From the NCBI GenBank assembly GCA_029820565.1, contig JALGUR010000003.1:3304-67303 (forward strand): a stretch of DNA of 64,000 nucleotides, read 5' to 3'. The stretch comes from Candidatus Zipacnadia bacterium. Its GTDB lineage: Bacteria; Armatimonadota; Zipacnadia; Zipacnadales; Zipacnadaceae. How positions within the stretch are numbered: the stretch's first letter is position 1; the number at the start of each line of letters is the position of its first letter. A model generated the notes under the pieces. The model had not been told where the DNA came from. It worked only from the letters and a program-made list of their open reading frames with translations, and ran no database searches. Shown in pieces: positions 50,138 through 60,323 of the stretch. The position numbers and the translations under genes are program-made.

Positions 50138-50902
50138 ATGGGCACCTCTTCGGCCCAGCGGTCTCCCTCCACTCCGGAGTGGGATCGCGTGAAAGAACTT
50201 TATCGGCAGCCCCAACCTCCCCCTGGGGAGGTCGTGAGCCGCATAATCCAGGCCTTAGATCCTGACACTCGTCAGGATATGCATGACCGGGCGGTAACCG
50301 CAGCCCTGGATACGCTGCTGTGGGGCAGCAGTTCGGTGGCCGAGCAGGGCCTGGAGCAGTTCCTGGAAGAGTTTCAGCCGATCTCAGGGCCGCCAGTGGT
50401 GGCGCTGGCCGCCGCCCTGCGGGATACCACCGTAGATTATATCACGACCGCCGCCGTCGCCTCGCGCTTTGGCGAACTGGCCATTGATGCCCTGAGCAAT
50501 ACGGTCCTCACCGTCGCCGCCGGTGAGCAGGGCCTGCTTCAGGTAAGCGCCGACCAGGCCGACGCTAACTACGGACGCTATGTTCGCGAAAGCAACCTGT
50601 CCGGGCTCAGTGTCCAATTCTTCTCCCACGATTTTGACCGCGCGCTGCGCTACTTCGTCTCCCGAGACCTCAGTGATTTCATCGGCAGCGAGGCCCTTCC
50701 TACTGTCAGTAACGGGTCGCGGCTGCTGGACGATGTGGCCCACTACTGCCGGCAAACTGCCCAACAGATGGACCTGCGGGAGTACGAAGACCAACTTCAA
50801 CAAGCCATACGATTGCCTATTGATGAACGCGTCCAAGCCCTGCGACCCATCACTGCCGTAGGGATAACCGCAGGACTGGCGATATTGGCGGGGGGCATAT
50901 AA
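50138..50902 (+). CDS. Hypothetical protein, partner of the QueC-like enzyme (QatB-like position)
   Basis: 254-aa ORF. The N-terminus MGTSSAQRSPSTPEW has Gly directly after the initiator Met. The body is mostly helical and the C-terminal tail is hydrophobic (AVGITAGLAILAGGI). Its stop lies 3 nt before the GTG start of the next gene. Confidence 0.45.
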   Translation: MGTSSAQRSPSTPEWDRVKELYRQPQPPPGEVVSRIIQALDPDTRQDMHDRAVTAALDTLLWGSSSVAEQGLEQFLEEFQPISGPPVVALAAALRDTTVDYITTAAVASRFGELAIDALSNTVLTVAAGEQGLLQVSADQADANYGRYVRESNLSGLSVQFFSHDFDRALRYFVSRDLSDFIGSEALPTVSNGSRLLDDVAHYCRQTAQQMDLREYEDQLQQAIRLPIDERVQALRPITAVGITAGLAILAGGI

Positions 50903-50905
50903 TCT

Positions 50906-52267
50906 GTGGCCGCTACTGTGGCACAAATTGAGGGCCTGCCGCCGAGCGTGGTGGCCAGCGATCCAAAGGTGGCCAAGGCTGACTGGCAATTAGATTGGCG
51001 TTCGCCCTGCCATAACGCGGTCTGTACGCTCACCGAACTACAGCAGCATCTGCCGGCCCCCCTTAGTCCTCTGGCCGAAGACTTTATTGATGTCGCCACT
51101 GCGGTCTACCTCACTGATATCGCAGTGCCTCGCGGGCGCAACGAACGGTGGGTGCGGGACATAGAAGTGCTCCTTGCGGTGCGTCGTGTGGACTTCTGGG
51201 AGTCGGTCGGCGGACAGTTGCTCCGACTGGTGCAAACCCTGACCGGAGACAATTTCCGCTTTACCTTCTACCCGCGTGCTCAACGCGCTGACAGCAATAA
51301 ATCCCCACAGGACGAAAGTTGTACCGACGACAGCCCTGATTGTGTCTGCTTGCTATCTGGGGGCTTGGACTCGCTGGCGGGCGCGGTAATGCTGCTGCGG
51401 GCTGGGCGCCGGCCTCATCTGGTGATGCATTATTCGGGCAATCCCACCGTCCGGGCCGCTCAGGATTATGTGCAGCAGTTGCTGGCCGGCAACTGGTCGG
51501 AGCGCAGCCGCTTCAGCGGTGTGCATATCGCTCCTGACCTGCGCCGTCCTGAGGCGCTGCCTTATCCTGAACCTGACCAGCGCGAGGCTTCGCGCCGCGT
51601 GCGGTCCTTGCTGTATATGACGCTGGCGGCAGTGGCGGCGACTGCAGCCGGCCTGGCAGAGGTATATCTGGGCGAGAACGGCGTGCTGACTGCGGCCCTG
51701 CCGTTGACGGTGGCCCGCAGCGGCAGCCTGTCCACCCGTAGTACCCATCCGGCCGTCATAAACCTATTCAATGGTCTGTGCGAGCAGGCCGGCTGGGACT
51801 GCCGAGTGCAGAACCCCTTCCTCTACCAGACTAAAGCTGAAGTGATACGTGACATCCTGCGCCCGGCGCTCAGTCCCCTGGACATCCAGAAGACCGCCTC
51901 CTGCTGGATGACCGGCCGCGGCAACCGTCAGTGCGGCGGGTGTATTCCGTGCCTGCTGCGGCGGATTGCGATGCTGGCCGCCGGGCTGCCTGATGAAGCC
52001 TATATGATGGACCTGCTGGGCGACCCGCTGCCCCACTCCGGCACCGATGCTTTCACCAACTTAGTTGATCTGCTCAACCACACGGCTACGGTGCTGGGCA
52101 AAAGTGACGAGGAATTACTGGAGGAGTATCCGCGGTTGCTGGACCTGGCGGCGGCCGGGGTCTCCGTCACCGAGGTAATCGCCACCCTCCGCCGCCACGC
52201 CACCGAAGTCCACGACGTCATCACTACCCACTTCCCCGCCCCCGCCGCCCTGCTGGAAGTGCTCTAA
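50906..52267 (+). CDS. QueC-like PP-loop ATPase with an N-terminal extension of about 150 aa (QatC/Cap9-like)
   Basis: 453-aa ORF with a GTG start. The PP-loop CLLSGGLDS is at nt 51347-51373. The four-Cys zinc cluster is C333-x9-C343-x2-C346-x2-C349 (SCWMTGRGNRQCGGCIPCLLRR, nt 51902-51952), with QueC-like spacing. No queD, queE or queF genes are nearby. Confidence 0.75.
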   Translation: MAATVAQIEGLPPSVVASDPKVAKADWQLDWRSPCHNAVCTLTELQQHLPAPLSPLAEDFIDVATAVYLTDIAVPRGRNERWVRDIEVLLAVRRVDFWESVGGQLLRLVQTLTGDNFRFTFYPRAQRADSNKSPQDESCTDDSPDCVCLLSGGLDSLAGAVMLLRAGRRPHLVMHYSGNPTVRAAQDYVQQLLAGNWSERSRFSGVHIAPDLRRPEALPYPEPDQREASRRVRSLLYMTLAAVAATAAGLAEVYLGENGVLTAALPLTVARSGSLSTRSTHPAVINLFNGLCEQAGWDCRVQNPFLYQTKAEVIRDILRPALSPLDIQKTASCWMTGRGNRQCGGCIPCLLRRIAMLAAGLPDEAYMMDLLGDPLPHSGTDAFTNLVDLLNHTATVLGKSDEELLEEYPRLLDLAAAGVSVTEVIATLRRHATEVHDVITTHFPAPAALLEVL

Positions 52268-53535
52268 TCCGCAGGCACGGCTGCCTCTGTAGCCACCACT
52301 GTTTGCTCACCCTCGCGGAGCTTGGTGTATAGTACGACGATGGTCACCAGTACCACCAGTTCGATTGTTGAGCGTGTTAGCGAAAGCAACGTCTGAAGAG
52401 CAGCGTTATGAATTGTTGGCCATGCGGCAGCGCTGAGTAGCGCATATACCGGTACGATTACTACCAACCAACGCAGTAACAAGACCAGCAAGTCGCACCA
52501 CCGGCCGCGGATTAACTGGAAGTTTCTTACCACTGCCGGCCAGAAATTGGTTCGTTCCGCCAGAACTATCCAGGGCACGAATAGGAGGACGATGCGGATG
52601 ACGGGAGCCAACTGGAAAACAAAACCTTGCATTGGGAGATACATCCATATCGGGAAGGCGGCAGCTCCAGTATAAGGCAGAGCGACGGTGAACGTGAGCC
52701 AGGCGATAGGCAGCCAGCTCTTGAGGGCTCCCTGTATCGCGGCACACAGATTCCAGTACGCACCAGCGCCAACCTGTAGGACTACGTGCCATAGGAGTGC
52801 GGTCAGTACGACTTCGGCGAAGGCCAAGAAGAGGGGCAGTAGACATGAAAGAAACAAATATGCGTCAGAGACTATCCCTGGCTGCCTTAAAAGAAGGGCG
52901 GACGCGACGCTGAATCCAGAGTGTGCGCCTATGACTAGAAAGCCGCCCAGAGTGAGATAGATTGGCCAAACCAGCCGCTGGTGGGTGTCCAGCGGCAGCC
53001 AGTTGGGCCGCCTGAACCACAGCGTGATTAGGACTGCAGCCAAAGCTCCGAGGGCCGGTATTAATACCGCCCAAGCAGAATATCCTACGTTCAGATCAAC
53101 AAAGCGAAATTGAGGCAGCGCGCGCCACACCCAGGATACCGGGCCCGTTCCAGCTATGCCGTCCGAATCTATAACCACTGCTCTACCATGAAAGGTGGGG
53201 GCGTCCGTCCGCTCGTCGCCAGGCGGGGAGAGACCTACAGACGCGGCCCACTGCTCCCGATAAGGCGCGAAGATCAAGGGGTCTATAATGAATCTGCAGA
53301 TGCCTGCTGAAATCAGCCAGCAGGCCAGGAGAATAAAGAAGAAACTACGGTTGTGCCACAGTCGCTGCACAGCCAGGCTAAACAGGACAAGCGGATCGCG
53401 GAGGGGGTTCATGGGCCGCTGCTGTTCGGCGCATCGCTGCCATTCAGCCCAATACCACACAACGATGGCAGCTACCACAAGTCCAACTATCGCTGTGTTT
53501 GTTTGCGGCACTCCAGCCACCTCCCACCCTGGCAA
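52264..53535 (-). CDS. Polytopic membrane protein, hypothetical
   Basis: 423-aa ORF with about 9-10 hydrophobic segments. It is convergent with the QueC-like gene, with a 4-nt 3'-end overlap. No family recognised. Confidence 0.55.
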   Translation of the reverse strand: MPGWEVAGVPQTNTAIVGLVVAAIVVWYWAEWQRCAEQQRPMNPLRDPLVLFSLAVQRLWHNRSFFFILLACWLISAGICRFIIDPLIFAPYREQWAASVGLSPPGDERTDAPTFHGRAVVIDSDGIAGTGPVSWVWRALPQFRFVDLNVGYSAWAVLIPALGALAAVLITLWFRRPNWLPLDTHQRLVWPIYLTLGGFLVIGAHSGFSVASALLLRQPGIVSDAYLFLSCLLPLFLAFAEVVLTALLWHVVLQVGAGAYWNLCAAIQGALKSWLPIAWLTFTVALPYTGAAAFPIWMYLPMQGFVFQLAPVIRIVLLFVPWIVLAERTNFWPAVVRNFQLIRGRWCDLLVLLLRWLVVIVPVYALLSAAAWPTIHNAALQTLLSLTRSTIELVVLVTIVVLYTKLREGEQTVVATEAAVPAD

Positions 53536-53590
53536 ATACTTCGCTGACCGAAGCGATTCACCTACACGAACATCTCAAATCTTACACCTA

Positions 53591-54619
53591 TCACAGCACC
53601 TTAGTCAACTCGTCCTGGTCGTAGCGGGGGAGGGGGGACCAGCGGCCGGCGCGGTGGATTTGGAGGCCGTCGGACTCGGGGACGGCGGTGGCGATGGTGG
53701 CGGCGGGGATGCCTTGAGTGGCCGCTTGCTCGACCAGCGCCTGGGCCTGGTCGGCGGAGACGGCGGCCAGCAGACAGCCGGAGGCAATCAAGCCTAAGGG
53801 GTCAATGCCCAGTTTCTCGCAGAAATCCTGGGTCGCGGGCAGGAGCGGAATATGCTCACTTCTCACCCGTAAGCCTACTTCTGAGGCCAGGGCCAATTCC
53901 CACAGGCCGGTAGCCAGACCACCCTCAGTGGGATCGTGAAAAGCGTGAACCTCTGTACAGGTTTCTATGGCTAATCTTGCATAATCTATGACACAAATCC
54001 CGGGGTCAAACAGCAGGTCAGCGGCTGCTTGAATCGTCGGTTGGGAAAAACCCAAGGCCGCCAGTTTCCGGGGAATTTCGCGGGCCAGGAGCGCGGTGCC
54101 CTCCACTGCGACCGGCCCCAGAAGCACTATTTCATCGCCCACCTGAGCGCCAGCGGCGGTGATATATCGGTCGCGGGGCACGGTGCCCAGCATGTGGCCT
54201 GAGATGACGGGGGCATTGACCGTGGGCGTTACCTCGGTGTGGCCGCCGACCACAGCCACTCCCGCATCAGCCGCCGCCGCGTGCAGTTGCTCCCAGATAT
54301 CACGCACCATCTCTTCATCAGTTTGGCCCGCGGGTAGCAGCAGCGTCACCACCAACCAGCGGGGCGTCCCGCCGCTGGTGGCGATATCATTGACATTAAC
54401 GCTGACCGCGTAGTAGCCCAGCGCATCGGTAGCGAAGGTGATGGGGTCAGCAGTCACGACGAGATACTCGGGGCCGCCGCAGTCCAGGATGGCGACATCC
54501 CGGCCCACACCCGGGCCTACCACTACGCTGGCCTCCTCTATTTCTAATCCGGCGATGAGGTCAGCCAGCAGTTCCAGGGGGAGTTTGCCGGTAGGCAGAG
54601 GTCCCTGCGAGTGGTTCAT
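53591..54619 (-). CDS. AIR synthase-related (PurM/ThiL/HypE-fold) protein
   Basis: 342-aa ORF with DVAILD, VVTADPITF, VNVNDIATSGGTP and VVGGHTEVT. Confidence 0.8.
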   Translation of the reverse strand: MNHSQGPLPTGKLPLELLADLIAGLEIEEASVVVGPGVGRDVAILDCGGPEYLVVTADPITFATDALGYYAVSVNVNDIATSGGTPRWLVVTLLLPAGQTDEEMVRDIWEQLHAAAADAGVAVVGGHTEVTPTVNAPVISGHMLGTVPRDRYITAAGAQVGDEIVLLGPVAVEGTALLAREIPRKLAALGFSQPTIQAAADLLFDPGICVIDYARLAIETCTEVHAFHDPTEGGLATGLWELALASEVGLRVRSEHIPLLPATQDFCEKLGIDPLGLIASGCLLAAVSADQAQALVEQAATQGIPAATIATAVPESDGLQIHRAGRWSPLPRYDQDELTKVL

Positions 54620-55290
54620 AGTCGGCGCTCCAAAATGAAGTCGACCAGGCTGGGCACATCAGCAAAGGCCCAATCGGCACCCAGCCGGTGGAATTCGGGT
54701 AGGGTTGTCTTGGATGTCAGCACGCCGCAGGTGCGCACCCCGGCGGCCTGGCCGCACTGGATGTCGGTGGCGTGGTCGCCGACCATCAACGCCCGGCGCG
54801 GCGAGGCAGTTAGAGCCTGCAGGGCGCGGCGCAGGTGCTCAGCGTGGGGCTTGACCTCGGCCAGGTCGTCGCGGGTCAGCAGCACCTCATAAAAGAGCGG
54901 ATGGCGGGCGAGGACAGCATTGACCCCTTCGCGGGAATTGCGCGTAATGATACCCACCCCGATTCCCGCTTCGCGCAACCGGGCCAGCGCCTCGGGCACT
55001 CCCGCGAACGGCTGGGCCTGCTGGCAGCAGGGCAGTTCCACTTCGCGTAGGATATCTTGGGTCTCCCGGCGGTAGTCGTGAAGGCGCTGGGGCCGGTCAG
55101 CGAGGCGTTGCTGGGCCCAGGCGATAAGTTCCAGCACGTATTTGCCGTCCTCCACGCCGGGCTGATAAAGCCCCCAGTGCCGTATATGCTCCAGGATGCG
55201 ATGGCGCATGAGGGCGAAGTCTATGTTCGTGGGCACTAAGGTGCCGTCAAAGTCAAATACAATGGCGTCCACTGTCATTTCCTCAGGCAT
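54616..55290 (-). CDS. HAD-superfamily hydrolase (phosphoglycolate phosphatase-like)
   Basis: 224-aa ORF with motif I (IVFDFDGTLV), motif II (GIITRNS) and motif III/IV (MVGDHATDIQ). It overlaps the downstream gene by 4 nt. Confidence 0.85.
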   Translation of the reverse strand: MPEEMTVDAIVFDFDGTLVPTNIDFALMRHRILEHIRHWGLYQPGVEDGKYVLELIAWAQQRLADRPQRLHDYRRETQDILREVELPCCQQAQPFAGVPEALARLREAGIGVGIITRNSREGVNAVLARHPLFYEVLLTRDDLAEVKPHAEHLRRALQALTASPRRALMVGDHATDIQCGQAAGVRTCGVLTSKTTLPEFHRLGADWAFADVPSLVDFILERRL

Positions 55291-55365
55291 TATTAGATAG
55301 TCAGCCTCCGGCCCGATGGGCCCGCAATTGACTGTCAGTGGATAGTTGCCGCCACGACCATTAGT

Positions 55366-56673
55366 TCAAAACTGGGGCAGCCACTGCCGGTTAGCCGCAA
55401 AGAGTTCGTCGAACATCTGGCGAATCTCCCCCGGCGAGAGGACTGCCGCGGTCAGCGGGTCAACCAGCACGGCGTGGAAGGCTTTCTCGCGGTCTCCTTC
55501 CAGGGCTGCCTGGACGGCCAGGGTCTGGACGTTGATATTGGTGATGTCAATGGCCGCGCACTGGGGGGGCAGTTCGCCCACCGTGCACGGGTGGATACCG
55601 AGACTGTCTACCATGCAGGGCACTTCCACGCAGCAGCCCTGGGGCAGGTTGGTAATGAGGCCGTTGTTCATCACGTTGCCGTTGAGCCGGAAGAACTCGT
55701 TGGTCTCCAGAGAGTGAATGATGTTGGAAGCATATTCCACGCTGCGCTCACCAAAGGGGATAGGCTCCTCGCCGCGGATTTGGCGAAGAGTGCGCTCGGC
55801 GTGGGGCCTCCAGTGGGTGTGGTACTGGCGCAGAATGTAGCCATGTTCGCCGCCGAAGCCCGGGCCACCCAGTTGGTCCATAATGTCCTGACGCTTGCGA
55901 TAGTAGGGGATGTACTCGGAGAAGTGTCCGCTGCTCTCGGTCATAAAGTAGCCGATGTGCTGGGCGAAGTCCCAGCGGATTTTGTCGCCCTCGGGCGGGC
56001 CGTCACGTTGTAGTTTCTCCCAGATACGGGGATACAGGTCCTGGCCGTCGGCACTCTCAAAGCGCAGAAACCAGGCCAAGTGGTTGATGCCGGCGGCCCA
56101 GTAGCGGGTCTGCTCGGGTGGAAAGTCTATGAACCGGGCCATCTCCCCGGCCGTGCCCTGAACGCCGTGGCACAAGCCGATGAACTTAATGTTAGTGGCC
56201 ACATTGCAGGCCCAGGTGACCATCGGCATCGGGTTGGTGTAGTTAAGCATCCAGGCGTCGGGGCACCACTGCTCCATATCGCGGCAGATGTCCACTAATA
56301 TGGGGATAGTGCGCAGCGCTCGGAATACGCCCCCTACACATAGAGTATCGCCCACATTCTGGGTGATACCGTACTTGTAGGGGATATTAATCTCGTTCTC
56401 GAAAGGCTCGAGGCCATTGGCCAGAATCACACAGATGACATAGTCCGCCCCGTCCAGGGCCTCGGCGCGGTCCAGGGTCTTGCTGGCCGTAGCCGGTAGA
56501 TTTTCCTGCTGGAACAGCGTCAGAGCGGCCTGGTAGGTCACATCCAGGCGTTCAGGGTCAATGTCCATGAGGCTGAAGTGGGTATCGCGCAGCGCCTCGA
56601 AGCTGAGAATGTCGCCAATCAACTTCTGGGGAAATCCCACTGAGCCGGCACCAATCATTGCTACCTTAGGCAT
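55366..56673 (-). CDS. Glycoside hydrolase family 4 (alpha-glucosidase/alpha-galactosidase, NAD/Mn-dependent)
   Basis: MPKVAMIGAGSVGF Rossmann start, taken as the ATG 6 nt after AGGAGG (the ORF track begins at 56745). It has YTNPMPMVTWA, GLCHGV and GINHLAWF. Confidence 0.85.
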   Translation of the reverse strand: MPKVAMIGAGSVGFPQKLIGDILSFEALRDTHFSLMDIDPERLDVTYQAALTLFQQENLPATASKTLDRAEALDGADYVICVILANGLEPFENEINIPYKYGITQNVGDTLCVGGVFRALRTIPILVDICRDMEQWCPDAWMLNYTNPMPMVTWACNVATNIKFIGLCHGVQGTAGEMARFIDFPPEQTRYWAAGINHLAWFLRFESADGQDLYPRIWEKLQRDGPPEGDKIRWDFAQHIGYFMTESSGHFSEYIPYYRKRQDIMDQLGGPGFGGEHGYILRQYHTHWRPHAERTLRQIRGEEPIPFGERSVEYASNIIHSLETNEFFRLNGNVMNNGLITNLPQGCCVEVPCMVDSLGIHPCTVGELPPQCAAIDITNINVQTLAVQAALEGDREKAFHAVLVDPLTAAVLSPGEIRQMFDELFAANRQWLPQF

Positions 56674-56889
56674 AGTCATCCTCCTGATGTGGCATAATAG
56701 ACTGTGTAATCTTGGCTTGGGAAATATAAGCACATATCGGGGCAAGGATGCCCCTCCTACCAGTTTGGCAACGCTCTGCCAGAGTTGATTTAGTCATCGG
56801 GCCCCATTTCACCTTCACATACTGTCATGCAAAAGCCCCCCGGCCTAAACCGGGAGGCCCCCGTTCTGGTCTGCTGATAACCGGTGTTG

Positions 56890-59811
56890 CTACTCCACGG
56901 TGGCGTCAAGTTGCTCCAGTATCTTCTTCTGTTGCTGCTGCTTGGCCTGGTAGCCGGCCAGGTCGCTCTGGCGCAGCAAGCGGTCGGCTTCGACTTCCAG
57001 TTGCAGAACCTGTTTAATCATGTCGCGGATTTGTTGCAGATCTTCAGGCGCGCCTTCCGTGGGCGGTCGCTCGGCCACCCCGGGCCGCGCTTCTATTTCT
57101 ACTTCAGGAGCCGCCGTGGCCGCCACGCCGAACAGTTCAGCCAGGGCCTGGTCCAGAGTAGGTTCCATTACTATGCGATCGCCGACGACTACGATAACCC
57201 GATGGAGAGTGGGGTAGGGGCTTTCGGTGGATTCCAAGTAAATCGGCTCGACATATAGCAGCGATTGCTCAATGGGAATGACCAGGGTATTACCGCGGAT
57301 CACCCGCGAGCCGCCCGTGTCCCACAGGCTGAGTTGCGGGGAGATGGTGGCGTCCTGATCTATCAATGATTCCACCATCATTGGGCCCAAGAACAGCTGG
57401 CCGGCAGCGAAATCATACACCAGCAATTCGCCGTAATGGGGATCGTCGCAGCGCGCCGCCATCCATGCCACCATGTTCTTCTCTTCGCGGCCTCTGAGGA
57501 CCATGGGCAGCATCTGGATAAACTCGGCGTGCTCGGCGCCCGGCAACTTGAGTATGATATAATACGCCTCCATCGGTCGCCGGTAGCCGGCATACAGTTC
57601 GGGCGGAATGGCCCAGGCATCTTCGTTGTGGAAGAAAGTGGGCACATCCTTCATATGGTAGCGGCCGTAGATTTCGGCCTGGATACGGAACAGCAGTTGG
57701 GGATAGCGCAAGTGGCGGCGCACTTGATTAGGCATTTGGGAAAAAGATGTAAATAGCGTGGGAAATATGCTCTGGTAGCAGTGCAGTATTGGGTCGTCCG
57801 GGTCAACGGCGTAGAAGATTGGTTTTCCCTCGTAGGCATCTACGACTACTTTGACTGAATTGCGCATATAGTTGAGATTGCCCACTTCGGGTTTACGCGT
57901 AGAGTACGGATACATACGCGAGGCAGTATAAGAGTCACAGATCCATTTCAACTGCCCGTCTATGATCACCAGATAGGGGTCCGGATCGTACGTCAGGAAG
58001 GGGGCAATGGCATAGATACGCTCGGGCACATAACGATTAATTTGTATTTTGCTGTCGGGTGTGATGTACTCGGTGAGCAAGATTTGTACATCCATAAACC
58101 GGGCGGCAAAGGCCAGGCGGTTGAACCAACCGCTTATGGAGACTCCGCCGCTGCCGCTGTAGTGGGTAGTCACATTGGCCCCAACCCCGGCCTGGCCAGT
58201 CTTGGGGTAGTGGAGTTCGGGATTGCGGGAGTTGACAATTACGAACTTGGTTTGCTGCACGGTGGCGCTGCCCGCCGCCGCCGAGGGCGAGGGTTGGACC
58301 GAAGGCGAGGCCGGTGGTGGCATGCCGCCCGGACCCTCGGGTCCGGTGGCCTGAGGCGGAGGGGGCCGCTGCTCGGGGGGAGAGATTAGTTCGATTAAGC
58401 GCGGGCGCGTACTGGTCATATAATACAGGCCAGGCCGCTGTACTTCCAATTCCTCAAAAGTGGAAACTGTGGGCAGGTCCTTTACCCAGAGTTCGGGCAA
58501 GCCACCGTTGGCCGATTTGTTCACTGGCGACATAGCCAGGCCATAGCCGTGGGTGTAAGACAAGTAGGTATTAACCCAGGTGCGCGAGGGCAATTCGCCG
58601 TAATCCAGTTGGCGGGCCGATAGCATTATCTGCCGGTACTCACCCCCCACATGGTAACGATCCACATCCACATCGGCGAACTTGTAATAAGCCCGCAGGC
58701 CCTGTTTCATATCGTAAGTGGTCTCCAGAGGCCGATGGTCCCACAGGCGAATGCTGTTGAGTGTTTCGGCGTTAGCCCGAATCTCCTGTGCTGTCAGGGC
58801 TTTGGCCGCCGGGAAGGTGCGGGTCTTGACCTTCTCCAAGTCGTAGGCTTTATTAGTGGCGGTGATATTGTGCTTGGCGTAAGGCGTCTCTTTCTCCAAT
58901 TGAGTGGGTTTGACCACCAGGCGCTGAACCAGACCCGGGTAGGCCGACCCGCCCAGGAAGGAGATGGCCACCAGGATGCCCAAAGCCCAGCCGGCCAACC
59001 TAAAACCTCGGCGGCGAATGCTAACCAAGAGGATAACGCCCACTGCCGCGGCAACTACCATCATCAAGTATAGCACTGGCAGGCGGGCATGGATATCCAC
59101 ATAAGAGGCGCCGGAGAAGAACTCCCCGCGCTGGGAATACAATAAATCATACTGCGCCAGCCGGTAGCCATAGATCTTGAGGAACAAAGCCACGGCCAGC
59201 AGGCCCAGGCAATGCCGCCGGGCGCGAGGCAGGGCGTGGACCGTATTGCCCACAAGCCGAATCGCTTCCTGGTATAGATGGACAAGGGTGCTGACTACGA
59301 AGGCGATGACTACCGCATAGAAGCACGAGCGCCACACATACTGCAAGAAACCCAACTTAAACACATAAAAGCCGGCATCTTTGCCCAAGACGGGTTCAGT
59401 GTAACCGAAGTCCACGGGATGGGTAAACTGCAGATAACCCAGCCACCGGCTGCTGCCGTACAGACCAGCCAGCAGGCCGGCGCCCAGGGCAAAGATCAGC
59501 AACGCCCGATCGGCATACTGCTCAATCTGCTCGCGTTCCTCCTCGGGCAGTAATCGGCGACCGATGAAGGTTACATCGGTCGGTAAGGGACGGCGGGCGA
59601 TGCGGATGTTAAGCCACAGCCAGACAAAGAACAGACCACCTACGATGACACCCAGTAGCACTCGCGTGCCCAATATGGTCTTGAACACAGCCGCCTGGCC
59701 CACCGAAGCCATCCACAGATAATCGGTGTACAGGGTTAGCAGCTTTATTAGGACAGTGCCCGCCAGGATAAGCACAAAGAAATACGTCAACCATTTGCTG
59801 GATTTAGTCAC
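56890..59811 (-). CDS. UPF0182-family large membrane protein
   Basis: 973-aa ORF with N-terminal multi-TM segments and a large extracytoplasmic domain. YTDYLWMASVGQAAVFKT and the length fit UPF0182. Confidence 0.8.
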   Translation of the reverse strand: MTKSSKWLTYFFVLILAGTVLIKLLTLYTDYLWMASVGQAAVFKTILGTRVLLGVIVGGLFFVWLWLNIRIARRPLPTDVTFIGRRLLPEEEREQIEQYADRALLIFALGAGLLAGLYGSSRWLGYLQFTHPVDFGYTEPVLGKDAGFYVFKLGFLQYVWRSCFYAVVIAFVVSTLVHLYQEAIRLVGNTVHALPRARRHCLGLLAVALFLKIYGYRLAQYDLLYSQRGEFFSGASYVDIHARLPVLYLMMVVAAAVGVILLVSIRRRGFRLAGWALGILVAISFLGGSAYPGLVQRLVVKPTQLEKETPYAKHNITATNKAYDLEKVKTRTFPAAKALTAQEIRANAETLNSIRLWDHRPLETTYDMKQGLRAYYKFADVDVDRYHVGGEYRQIMLSARQLDYGELPSRTWVNTYLSYTHGYGLAMSPVNKSANGGLPELWVKDLPTVSTFEELEVQRPGLYYMTSTRPRLIELISPPEQRPPPPQATGPEGPGGMPPPASPSVQPSPSAAAGSATVQQTKFVIVNSRNPELHYPKTGQAGVGANVTTHYSGSGGVSISGWFNRLAFAARFMDVQILLTEYITPDSKIQINRYVPERIYAIAPFLTYDPDPYLVIIDGQLKWICDSYTASRMYPYSTRKPEVGNLNYMRNSVKVVVDAYEGKPIFYAVDPDDPILHCYQSIFPTLFTSFSQMPNQVRRHLRYPQLLFRIQAEIYGRYHMKDVPTFFHNEDAWAIPPELYAGYRRPMEAYYIILKLPGAEHAEFIQMLPMVLRGREEKNMVAWMAARCDDPHYGELLVYDFAAGQLFLGPMMVESLIDQDATISPQLSLWDTGGSRVIRGNTLVIPIEQSLLYVEPIYLESTESPYPTLHRVIVVVGDRIVMEPTLDQALAELFGVAATAAPEVEIEARPGVAERPPTEGAPEDLQQIRDMIKQVLQLEVEADRLLRQSDLAGYQAKQQQQKKILEQLDATVE

Positions 59812-60323
59812 GACTCGTTCTCCGTTTCTGTCTCAGAATCTTCGGTTCGAAATGTATCAGGGCTTATGTCAGCTTCGGCCAATAGTTCTCTGAATTTCTC
59901 AATCTCCTCGGCCTCGTCGCCACCTTCCTCCGGACGCACTGCGGCCTGAGCCAGAACTTCTTCTGACACTTCAATGTCGGCCCCGGTCTTCAGGGCCAAA
60001 GCAATTGCGTCGCTGGGCCGCGAGTCGACGTGTACCGGCTCCCCGTCTTTGTTCAGAGTCACCAGTCCATAGAAGGTCTTGTCTTCCAACTTGGTGACAG
60101 AAACCTTCTCCACGTGGCACTCCAGAGCGGCGATAATTGAGGAAAGCAAGTCATGGGTCAGGGGCCGCTCAAACTGTTTTTCATCCAACTCAGCAGCTAT
60201 GGCATAGGCCTCATACTGACCGATCCATATCGGCAGCACCCGCTCCATCGGCTCATCAGCCAATAGTACGAATGTGTGACCCATTAAATCAATGCCTACG
60301 CGATATACAAACATCGGAACCAT
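59808..60323 (-). CDS. Bifunctional nuclease (BFN/DUF151) family protein
   Basis: 171-aa ORF with VLPIWIGQYEAYAIAAEL and RPLTHDLL. It overlaps the UPF0182 gene by 4 nt. Confidence 0.8.
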   Translation of the reverse strand: MVPMFVYRVGIDLMGHTFVLLADEPMERVLPIWIGQYEAYAIAAELDEKQFERPLTHDLLSSIIAALECHVEKVSVTKLEDKTFYGLVTLNKDGEPVHVDSRPSDAIALALKTGADIEVSEEVLAQAAVRPEEGGDEAEEIEKFRELLAEADISPDTFRTEDSETETENES

